Positions 25,746 through 36,997 of a DNA stretch of 64,000 nt are shown here, in pieces. The notes beneath the pieces are model-generated. The model was not told the DNA's origin, made no database searches, and saw nothing but the letters and a program-made list of their open reading frames with translations. The stretch lies in assembly GCA_038087875.1 (NCBI GenBank), contig JAXLNO010004798.1, forward strand, positions 1-64,000, written 5' to 3'. Each line of letters opens with the position of its first letter. The stretch's first letter is position 1. Source of the stretch: Malacoraja senta (Eukaryota). The position numbers and the translations under genes are program-made.

Positions 25746-26604
25746 CTTTTATTTCATTTTATTTGGTACAGAGGACGGGCCCCACGGGTATTCGCTGAAA
25801 TAATAATGCAGTTTAATCACATTGATAGTTTAGAAACTCTCACTGTCCTCATCCACGGGTAACTGCGCAGAAAGGCGCAGCCAATCTTGAAAACGTTAAT
25901 ATTACCAACTGTGTATAAAGGCTCTGGCATGGCGGCAAAAATCATCGACCGTCAGCTTCAATGTCTGTAGTGATAGAGGTATAGAGTCATAGAGTGATAC
26001 AGTGTGCAAACAGGCCCTTCGGCCCAACTCGCCCACACCGGCCAACAATGTCTCAGCTACACTAGTCCCACTTGCCTGCGCTTGGTCCATAACCCTCCAA
26101 ACCTGTCCTATCCATGCACATTTGAGTTCAGTTGACTCTTCAAGGAATGTGGAATATTTTGGCTTCCAATAGACTATTGAATCGGGGTTTAATGCATATC
26201 GATCAATGCCTTGGAGTTGCCACATCGTTGAATTACATGAACATATTTCCAACCCTTGTACAGCAGAGTTGGAGTACAACAATCTTGAAAATGTTACCTA
26301 AATCAGACGTGAGTCTAAGGGAAGATGACTGGTCTGATTTAATGGTGGAACAATACGAAATTGTTAAACTGTGAATGAGTTCATGAGGACCGCGCATAAA
26401 TAATTTCAGCGGGTACGAAACAAGCAAGCATGCTATAACTGTAGGTATTAGTCACTCTAAATTAAGCAAATTCTGCATTGAGTGCACACTATAATATTGC
26501 ATTTGTCACATTGTACAAATTGACACGGGGCTGGCATCTTGTGAGCAGAATATTCCCTTGCGATGGTGCAATATAAATGAAGGTTTTACCTGTTGTTTTA
26601 GGTT

Positions 26605-29466
26605 TATTTATCCAGGGATATTGAATATTTAGGAGGGATAGACAGAAATGAAAAGGAGGTGGGGTAGCGTTGCTGGTCAGAGAGGAGATTAACGCAATAA
26701 AAGGACATTAGCTTGGAGGATGTGGATTCGATATGGGTAGAGCTGCGAAACACTAAGGGGCATAAAACGCTAGTGGGAGTTGTGTACAGGCCACCTAACA
26801 GTAGTAGTGGAGTTCGGGATGGCATCAAACAGGAAATTAGAAATGCGTGCAACAAAGGTAAAACCGTTATAATGGGTGACTTCAATCTACATATAGATTG
26901 GGTGAATCAAATTGGCAGATGTGCTGAGGAGGAGGATTTCTTGGAATGTATGCGGGATAGTTTTCTAAACCAACACGTAGAGGAACCAACGAGAGAGCAG
27001 GCTATTCTAGACTGGGTATTGAGTAATGAGGAAGGGTTGGCTAGCAGTCTTCTTGTGTGTGGCCCCTTGGGTAAGAGTGACCATAATATGGTTCAGTTCT
27101 TCATTAGGATGGAGAGTGACATATCTCATTCAGAAACAAGGGTTCTGAACTTAAAGAAAGGCAACTTTGAGAGTATGAGACGTGATTTGGCCAAGATAGA
27201 CTGGCAATTGATTCTTAAAGGGTTATCGGTGGATATGCAATGGAAGGCATTTAAAGACCGCATGGATGAACTACAACAATTCTTCATCCCAGTTTGGCAG
27301 AAGAATCAATCAGGGAAGGTAGTGCATCCATGGATAACAAGGGAAATCAGGGATAGTATCAAAACAAAAGATGAAGCATACAAATTAGCCAGAAAAAGCA
27401 GCCTACCAGAGGACTGGGAGAAATTCAGTCCCGCAGAGGAGGACAAAGGGCTTAATTAGGAAAGGGAAAATAGATTATGAAAGAAAACTGGCAGGGAACA
27501 TAAAAACTGACTGCAAAAGCTTTTATAGATATGTGAAGAGAAAAAGATTAGTTAAAACAAATATAGGTCCATTGCAGTCAGAAACAGGTGAATTGATCAT
27601 GGGGAACAAGGACATGGCAGACCAATTGAATAACTACTTTGGTTCTGTCTTCACTAAGGAAGACATAAATAATCTGCCGGAAATAGCAGGGGACCGGGGG
27701 TCAAATGAGATGGGGGAACTGAGTGAAATCCAGGTTAGTCGGGAAGTGGTGTTATGTAACTGAATGGATTAAAGGCCGATAAATCCCCAGGGCCAGATAG
27801 GCTGCAACCCAGAGTGCTTAAGGATGTAGCCCCAGAAATAGTGGATGCATTAGTGATAATTTTTCAAAACTCTTTAGATTCTGGCGTAGTTCCTGAGGAC
27901 TGGAGGGTAGCTAATGTAACCCCACTTTTTAAAAAGGGATGGAGAGTGAAAACGGTGAATTACAGACCGGTAATCTCACGAGTCTGCGTTCATTGGCGGC
28001 GAAACAGGAACTATCTACCGCTCCTGGGCCGCCAGAGACCGCGGGCTCTGTCAAACGCACAATTCAGGGGCCGTGCGGCGTTGTTCCCAACACCGCACGG
28101 TGCTAAAAAAACAACAACACTGTCCAAAAATATGTTCCTTACCGCACAGCCGCCGCTAGTGAGGTACGCGTGTGGCACGGCCGCCGCCACAGCCGCCGCC
28201 AGTGAGGTACGTGTGCGGCACGGCCGCCGCCACAGCCCCGCGATCCGAAAGACGTCATCAGCCGAAACCGCAAGCTCGTTGAACCGGCCGTACTTGGCCC
28301 CCCGCGCAGCATCCGTGCGGCGGTGTCGTGGTTGCCGTGCGGTCCCCTCTTCCGGCGACGCCACGCTTCACCGCCAACGACCGCAAACCCGTGGGACAGA
28401 GCCAGTCTAACATCGGTAGTGGGGGAAATGCTAGAGTCAGTTATTAAAGATGGGATAGCAGCTCATTTGGAAAGTGGTACAATCATTGGACAAAATCAGC
28501 ATGGATTTATGAAAGGTAAATCATGTCTGACGAATCTTATAGAATTTTTCGAGGATATAACTGGTAGAGTGGATAAGGGAGATGCTAGGAGGCTGCAAGG
28601 TGACGGATAGGTTGGGTGAGTGGGCAAATCCATGGCAGATGCAGTATAATGTGGATAAATGTGAGGTTATCCACTTTGGTGGCAAGAACAGGAAAGTAGC
28701 CTATTATCTGAATGGTGGCCGATTAGGAAAAGGGGAGATGCAACGAGACCTGGGTGTCATGGTACACCTGTCTTTGAAAGTAGGCATGCAGGTGCAGCAG
28801 GCAGTGAAGAAAGGTATGTTAGCATTCATAGCAAAAGGATTTGAGTATAGGAGCAGGGAGGTTCTACTGCAGTTGTTCAGGGCCTTGGTGAGACCACACC
28901 TGGAGTATTGCGTACAGTTTTGGTCTCCTAATCTGAGGAAAGACATTCTTGCCATAGAGGGAATACAGAGAAGGTTCACCAGACTGATTCCTGGGATGGC
29001 AGGACTTTCATATGAAGAAAGACTGGATAGACTCGGCTTGTACTCGCTGGAATTTAGAAGATTGAGGGGGTATCTTATAGAAACGTGCAAAATTCTTAAG
29101 GGGTTGGACAGGCTAGATGCAAGAAGATTGTTCCCGATGTTGGGGAAGTCCAGAACAAGGGGTCACAGTTTAAGGATAAGGGGGAAGTCTTTTAGGACCG
29201 AGATGATTAAAAAAAAAATCACACAGAGAGTGGTGAATCTGTGGAATTCTCTGCCACAGAAAGTAGTTGATGCCAGTTCATTGGCTATATTTAAGAGGGA
29301 GGTAGATGTGACCCTTGTGGCGAAAGGGATCATGGGGTATGGAGAGAAGGCAGGTACTGGATAATGAGTTGGATGATCACCCATGATCATATTGAATGGC
29401 GGTGCAGGCGCGAAGGGCCGAATGGCCTACTGCACCTATTTTCTATGTTTCTATGTTTCTATGTTT
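26605..29466 (+). mobile_element. CR1 LINE ORF2 (APE endonuclease + RT), with a GC-rich insertion and an internal RT deletion
   Basis: VGVVYRPP, IMGDFN and GKSDHN (EN); KSPGPD, NYRP, QHGFMKGKSCLTNL and RPHLEYCVQFWSP (RT); (TTCTATGT)n 3' tail at 29440-29466. Confidence 0.92.
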
Positions 29467-29469
29467 AGG

Positions 29470-30110
29470 TTTAGACTTACTTTTGACACGTTTACAAAGG
29501 TACAGTTACAAGATGAATGCTATCCAAACAAATCAGATATGCCATGCATAAATGCAATCAAGTCAAACTCAAGTACAAAAGATCGAGCAAAGGGGAACAT
29601 ATGGAATGCAGAATATTATGCTCAAAGATGTGATGCGTTTTTACCATCAGTTCGATAGACAAAGTCTAATGCCCTCAGTGCAGGCGAGATGAATCAGACA
29701 GCTTTTGGAAAGGCCGTTCAGAAGCCTGATACCAGGAGGATAAGCTGTTCCTGACTTGGTGGTGCGCGCTATCAGACTCTTTATTTTCTCCCGGACGGGA
29801 GGAGGAAGAAGGAATAATTGGTGTGGGATATGTCTTTGATTGTGTGGGCTGCTTTTACGAGACAGTGTGATGTGCAGATGGAGTTAATAGGTGTAAGGCT
29901 GGAATATGTGACGGACTGCGCTACTTCTACAACTCTGCCATGTATTACCCTCTTGGGCAGAGCCGTTCCCATAACAAACTGTGATGCAACCCAACATTAT
30001 GTTTTTTAATTGTGCTTTCGTAAATGTTTGTAAGCGTCACTGGAGACAAACCGAATTTCCTTAGTCTTCTCAGGAAGTAGAGGCGTTGGTGTGGCTTCTT
30101 GGTGTTCCAC
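29470..30110 (-). mobile_element. Old Rex1/Babar-like LINE 3' fragment
   Basis: Minus-strand RLYFLRRLR-like sequence near 30065-30085 and ORF 29781..29972 (HCLVKAAHTIKDISH..FFLLPSGR), matching the 3' end of the 56286-56923 element. Confidence 0.6.
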
Positions 30111-31636
30111 TAATATGGTAATTTAACGGCTCAGCATATGCCCTTTTCTTCTGGCAGGTGCAGCGTGTAAACACTTTACAGGAATAGCCACAATGTACAT
30201 CGTTTGCATCGACTTCTCACGAGCTCTTGCGCCAATGTTTATGATTTGCCCTTTAACAAGAAATACCGGAAGAGGCAACCTCGACGACGGGCATAATTCT
30301 GCAAGAGGAATCAAAGGTGAGTTTTCTTGTGCCACATATCGGCGATTGGATCGTTTAATCCGTTGGGCCACATACTAACCATGCCTTCAGTGCACGATGT
30401 AAAATCTCTCCAAGTCTCAAGGCATCTTTTTACCCTAACAATGTAACCATTCATTTGCTCCCCTGTCTTTAAAGTACATGTTCCAAATCTTCCGCTCAAT
30501 ACAATCTCGGTGAACTACGGTTTGAAGTAGATTTCGAACGTTTTAATAACCTCTAACTTTTACCTTTCTGCAGTGCCCTTAAATCAGTAAATGTGCCATA
30601 TACATTAAACTGATTTCTGCAAGATAGCTTTCTTACATTTCCTCTAAGTAAGGTCAATACATCGTGTTTTCAGCATTGATTCCCATCTCAAGAATTTTAC
30701 GCTTTCATATTTGTAAAAGTATTTCAACCATACATAGATAATTTAAATTATCAGCAACATTTAGATATGTCGCCAAAAACGTACGAGAGCATGCGCTGTT
30801 GAAGACTAGAGGACAGTCCTTCAGCGGAAACGGCACTCTTCCTTTAGTCACTCAAAACAGTCTGCTCAGCCTTGCGCAAAAGCGTGGCAGCGAGACCCAC
30901 AGACCATTAATAAAAATATCTTTGCAAAACGAAATTGCAATGTCGCCATGCCGAGAGAGGCAACAGCAAAGCAATAGGCGGCTCAATATATTCTGAGATA
31001 GACTTTGGACTGTAACATAACGATTAAACCGGAAATTCAATCATTATCCCTAGGATAATTTGGGTTACCAAAAATGCATGTGCCTTTCGGAATAATGCAC
31101 TCAGTGGTGCAATTACATTCTATAATTTCATAATGTTTAGATTGTCTATAGATAATTAGAAATCTACGATTAAAGCATTTGAAGGCTCGATACTTAATCC
31201 AGTCCACTAATACGATCCACGATTCAACCAACAATTTGAATCTTTGTATAGTATGAATGCCAATCAGTAACCGGAGGCCTTGTGTGACCTCCGTATTATC
31301 TCTCCCTTCCTTATATTAAGCACTGTGGCCTATCATATGGTATTTGACCGTATCGAGTATTTGTTTAGACTTCTTGCCTTACGCCTGTATCTCAACATAA
31401 TCGGAACTTTATTTTCACTGACTGTCTCCTTATCATTATGGCCAATTCTACAATAGCCGTAGTTCAATTGTGCGCCCAACTATTTAACTGGTCAATCTAA
31501 CAATCAAACAAAACAGATGGCTGTATTCTGTTGATAACCACGACCACGGAAATCATGACAAATGGTTGAGGTTGGACAAGCGAAACCCTCTTATTACGTG
31601 ACTCCTATAAGAAAACACGGGAAGTGGTTTGTGCCC

Positions 31637-31958
31637 GGCGACACGGTTGGGCAGTGGTAGAGTTGTTGCCTTACAGCGCCAAGGACACAAGTTTGATACT
31701 GACTACGGGTGCTGTCTGTACGGAGTTGGTACGTTCTTCCTGTGACGGCTTGGGTTTTCTCTAGGATCTCCGGTTTCTTCCCACATTCCATAGACGTGCA
31801 GGTTTGAAGGTTAATTGGCCTGGGACAATTTTAAATTGTCTTTAGTGAGTGTAGGACAGTGTTTTTTTGTGCGGATATTGCTGGTCGGCGCGGATGAGGT
31901 GGGACGAAGGGTATTTTTCCGCGCTGTATCTCTAAACTAAACTAAACTAAACAAAACT
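31637..31958 (+). mobile_element. tRNA-derived V-SINE (HE1-like)
   Basis: tRNA-like head, V-domain core (gtacgttct..gggttttctc..ctccggtttcttcccaca), CR1-like 3' end and (TAAAC)n tail. Confidence 0.75.
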
Positions 31959-34900
31959 ATGCCTGAAAATGGTGGAGGCATATTCCATCGTAGACCTCAA
32001 ACGGTTGCTGGAATCGATCTGAAAGGAAAATACTTTATAAGACATTTGATGGAGAAGAAACGTCGCCCATTCCTTCTCTCCAGAGATGCTGCCTCACCCG
32101 CTGAGTTACTCCAGCATTTTGTGTCTACGTTCGATTTAAACCAGCATCTGCAGTTCTTTCTTACACATGCTATTAAATATACACAGAAGGATGACCTTTC
32201 CCCGAACTATAAATACTCGTTAATACAATGGTCCCGAGAGATAACAATCAACATTAAAGCAAAGACCCAGGTCCAGGATCTGACATTTGTGAAAGCTTGT
32301 TGAAATTCAAAAATATGTTCGGAAGGCCTTCCGCCTAAATACGCAGATATACCATTAATTTAGAATTTGGAATTTAGGTTTTAGATGATGAAGAATTATA
32401 CAATCATATTTCACGGAAGCAAAACTCAGGGCCAATTTATAAGAATCTAGCACACTTTTATCCCTTCCTCTGGCCTAACACCTAAATCCTCCTCTTCTCC
32501 CCTATCTGACATGCTTTCGGCTCCTTTTCATCTCTCGCCTTTGCCACTTATTCCACTCATCTGCCCGCATCCTCACATGTATGCACCTATAACTAGCGAG
32601 GCTTTGCTGAGCCCCCACCTCTCGTTTGCAGATTTCTCGACCATTCTCCCTACCACGACGATGTGAGTAAGGGCCCCGAGCAGATGCTGCTTGACCTGCT
32701 GATTTCATCTCGCATCTCTGCCTTGCTGAAGACTCATGTTCCTTTCACTCCATTCATTCCATTGTTTCCCCCGACATTCCCATACAATTATCACACTATA
32801 TCCGCTCCAGAATCTACACCTCATCCAAACATCAAGGATATTTTTAAGGAGACTATTGGATGTGAAAAGGATGTGCAATCTCTGTATCCACAGCTCAGGA
32901 GGTCAGGTTTGAAGATAGGAGCTGCGAGACCGAAATCTGACCAGCAACCATGTTCCGCCGCCCTAATGTTTGGAGAATCGCACAGCTCGCATCGAGAAGC
33001 GGTAGGACACGGGATTCTAACTGCAACGGACCTGATGCCAGTTACGATTGCTTCAGATTACTTTAGGGAGATAATTAGTGCAAATAATGGGGACTTTTAA
33101 CAGTAAATCCACTAAATGTTGCCGTAAAGCAGGTGGAAATTCGCTGTTGGTGATTATCTTTACCAGCCATTTATGCAGTTCGTGTTTATCTTTTATGTGT
33201 TATTTATCTGTTAATCAAATGCGATGATTTGCTTTTACCAAGAGTTATTAGTTAAACGTCATACGTGGACATGAAGGCAACCTGCCCGAAACTAAAATTA
33301 ACATCTTAAAGGAGAAGATTGAGTGGCGAATTGCATAGAGATCAAATGAGCAAGACTATTAACCAATAGTGAGTACCCAGCCATAAACCTTCCGACAAAC
33401 AGGTGATCAAATAGTTATCTTAGCATCCAGCAGATATGTATTAAAACGACTAAGTTCATTATTGGCACCAGACACGTTTTACTCCTATCACTGATTTCTG
33501 TTTGAAATTGGGACCACGAATACTCTGAATAATTCGTCATGTCATTTTAAAATAGCGAATTTTACATTTTGTATTAGCGAATCATTATAATTCGCTAATA
33601 CTTTAATATTTGCATCTGATATTTTCTCATCAATTTTATTATATTATCCTACTTCATATTACGCTGTGATAATTAGGTAACCCATTACACGATGTGTTGC
33701 AAGGAACTGCAGACACTAGTTTACACTGAAGATAGACACAAAATACCGGAGTAACTCAGCTGGAAAGGCAGCGTCTCTGGATAGAAGGAATGGGTGGCGT
33801 TTCGGGTTGAGATCCTTCTTCTATGATGTTGTTTCTTCGTCCTTTACATCACAATAAACCTAGGTCAACGATGACAAATTGCTAAAAGACAAGAATTAAA
33901 GTTAATTCAAACTGGTTATCGTGCAAGGCACCACTCTGGAACATGTCAACTGTATGCCTATTTGGAATGTAGAAATGTGCGTAGTTTATCACTCAGAAGA
34001 CAATTGCGTTTACACTTAGTTCCTTGCGAAATATTTAGCCATATACCAAATTAACAGTTTTTACCGCACAACATCGCAGCTTTATTTAACGAAAAGAATG
34101 AGATCATAGGCTGAGAGTGCTGTTGTGACCCTGGCCTATCATGTTCACGGCATAATGACCGGCCAATCGTGTCAACTATGAAACGAAACTCATCAGATTC
34201 TACATATCAAAATACAGCAGAATTTGAATTACCAGTCATTTTGTTATTTAAAGTTAATTCGATTACGGACTCTTGAAATATTAGTTAGTCACATTTATTC
34301 TCGTCTAGTCGTGCGGAATTGAAGTTAACGTTTATTTGATATCATTGGCCTGCACTTGTTTGATTCGTTCTCATGAGAACACGATAAAGCAGGATTCGAC
34401 CAGTTATTTTTATTTAGGTTAATTAATTTTGGGAACAACAAGACATTCTTCAGAACACTAAGAGCGGTACTTTTCGCTACAAAGGACTCCTAAACATTTT
34501 CGTGATATTGAGAAATATAACATAGCACGTGAAGATTTACGGACACAACAACAAATTGGAAATGCTAAATAAGTAAGCGAGAATCGAATTTCAATGCAGA
34601 AGCAGGTCAATGCCATCAACTGAAGTCTCTAACACGGTAAAAAATAATCATTTCTGCAGTCCTTCTTGTCTTCGCTTGCAATTTTAATCGCATTCTAAAA
34701 TGATGTCTGTTGTGATATTCTGTTTCTTTGAGCAGAATTTGACCCAATCGTTCAATGGTGCCTCGTCCTGTCATTGTCTTAATTAAGCTTTATTCAACCA
34801 ATTCACTTCTTGATTGTTGCGAAGTGAACGAGAAAGTGAAGACTCCACCCGGAATATAGCTTTCATTTCTCTAAATGCAAATTCGTTCTTTGATCATTGG

Positions 34901-35647
34901 AATTGTATTGGCTATCGATGGACCAGCAACAATTTCTCTCGAAGTCCTTCCAATGTCCGAAAAGAAACATTACAACAGAATACGGTCGTGAAGAGTATTT
35001 GCTGATGGCAAGTCTACCTTTTTAAACACCTAATCCCAGAATAGGTTCTGTTTTGGAGACGTATGTTGCGATAAATGCCCATGAGACGATGTGTGGTCAG
35101 CAGAATGCTGCCGCAAATCGACTTGGCTCATTACGAAGACTTGCAGTTACAACCGTATTAGACATGAAGCGTAATCATGCACAATGAGATGGCCACTTGA
35201 GGAAATATAACGGAGAACAGGCAACATCTATGCAAACTGCTCGCCGCAATTAAGAGACAAAATCATTTCCATGTATTCGTGCATCCTATAAGGCGTGGGA
35301 ATGTATTTCCATAAACCTTCTGTGATCCGGTTCCACTTCATTTTCAGCCAAATTATACTGTCCAGAAGGGTACATTTCCATGGAAGATTGCTCCAAATCC
35401 CACTGACGGTTACCGCAGATCTGAAATCGAAAGAGAAACCAGGTTTCAGAAATATATATTGTTAAGCTCTCTTATTTCGATAACAATGTGTATTACTGCA
35501 GAAACCTCAGAACCATTTACGTCATGGTGATACAGTGATTACGTTCGCATTACGTTCCCAGACCTCTCAACTAACAAATCCCACCTTGGCAACAATGTAA
35601 TTTAATTCAATTCATAATGTGATCTCAAAAAAATAACGTTAGCAATT

Positions 35648-35946
35648 TTGTTTAATTTAAAGATACAGCGGGGAAACAGGCCCTTCGGCCCACCGAGCCC
35701 GCACCGACCAGCGACAAGCCTACACACACAAGGGACAATTTACGCTTATACCAAGTATACAAACCCAAACCAATTAACCGACAAACCTGTACGTCTTTGG
35801 AGTGTTGGGAGGAAACCGAAGATCTCGGAGAAATCACACAAACCACAAACTCCCAACTCCGTACATACAGCGCCCGTAGTCGGGGTCGAATGCTGGTTTC
35901 CGGCGCTGCAAGGCAGCAACTTTACCGCTGCGCCACCGTGCCGCCC
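35648..35946 (-). mobile_element. tRNA-derived V-SINE (HE1-like)
   Basis: Reverse complement of the family at 31637-31958. Confidence 0.75.
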
Positions 35947-36997
35947 AGTAATGATCACCACTAAAAGGTCTTAATGAGATTGTGGCGGAAAGAGCAAGAT
36001 TTGTCCATTATGTGACAATGCTGTTGATTCTAAAATGCACCTTGAAGTTGTAAAATACTACGTTATCAATCATTCCAAAACCTTCCACGATAATCCGGAA
36101 ATGGCTCTCTAATTTGGGAACTGTGCCTGGCAGATTAGTTCAGCAACAGTCTGACAGTCATTCCTGCATTGTCAGCGTATAGTGTATGTGTTATGCACCA
36201 TCGACAGAATTCACATTGCAACTCACCTCGGCTACTCCAACACTGCTTTTAAAACTCGTGAACTATGAAGGAGAAGAGAAGAATACGCATAGAAAGGCCA
36301 GTACCCGTTTATCCCTTGAAGCTGCACATTATCCTGACTTCGAAACATAATACAATCCATTCAATCTTCCAGCGTCTAAACCCTGCAACACCTTATCAAC
36401 AGCATAAAGGAGAACTATCTCCAGAATAACTGCAGCAATTCAAGCATCATGCTCACAACCGCCTTTGCAAAGGCAATTAGTTGTCAGAGACAGTCAGTTG
36501 ACAAAAAATGGAATAGAAATAGTGGCACATATAAGCAATGGTAGACATCCTACTAAAACATTTTCAAAATATGTTTTCGAAATATGTCGCAATTGACATT
36601 AGCATTCTAGTCCATGGGATTATACATTTATATAATCTTAACTATTGTCTATTTACCTGAAACATGTTTAGACTGCTTGAAATCAGCTTGTCGTCGAGTG
36701 CGTCCACTCAGCGCAAGAAATATGTTTGTGACTGTAACTGGGTATTATCGAGGTCAACGTGGTGACCATTTGTACATCCACTTGGCGAGTGACACCGCTG
36801 CGTAATTTCTACTATCATGTTTATCGTATTTATGTTAGTTCCGAACCTAAGGTCTATACGCAATTTTCTGACGTTACACTTAAAAAACGATGCACAGTTC
36901 ATTAAAGATAGAAGTGTAAAACGAATGCAATACTTATATGTGGTGATAATACCACTCAGGCAGCAGTGCATGAAATATTTAGTAACTCATAACCGAA

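Larger units (their letters stand above)
23656..30949 (-). pseudogene. Candidate ancient, TE-fragmented protocadherin variable-exon relic
   Basis: ATG in good context plus a signal-peptide-like MATLQFRFAKIFLLMVCGSRCHAFAQ; cadherin-like fragments in collinear order; GAG|GTAAAT donor at 23656; CCAAT 311 bp upstream of the ATG. Confidence 0.45.

Noticed and set aside
28011-28364. 117-aa minus-strand ORF in the GC-rich insert
   Set aside because: GTG start, low-complexity Ala/Arg content expected from high GC, and no recognisable domain.
31637-31710. tRNA-like sequence (also ~35870-35946)
   Set aside because: It is the head of a V-SINE, followed by SINE core and tail; not a tRNA gene.
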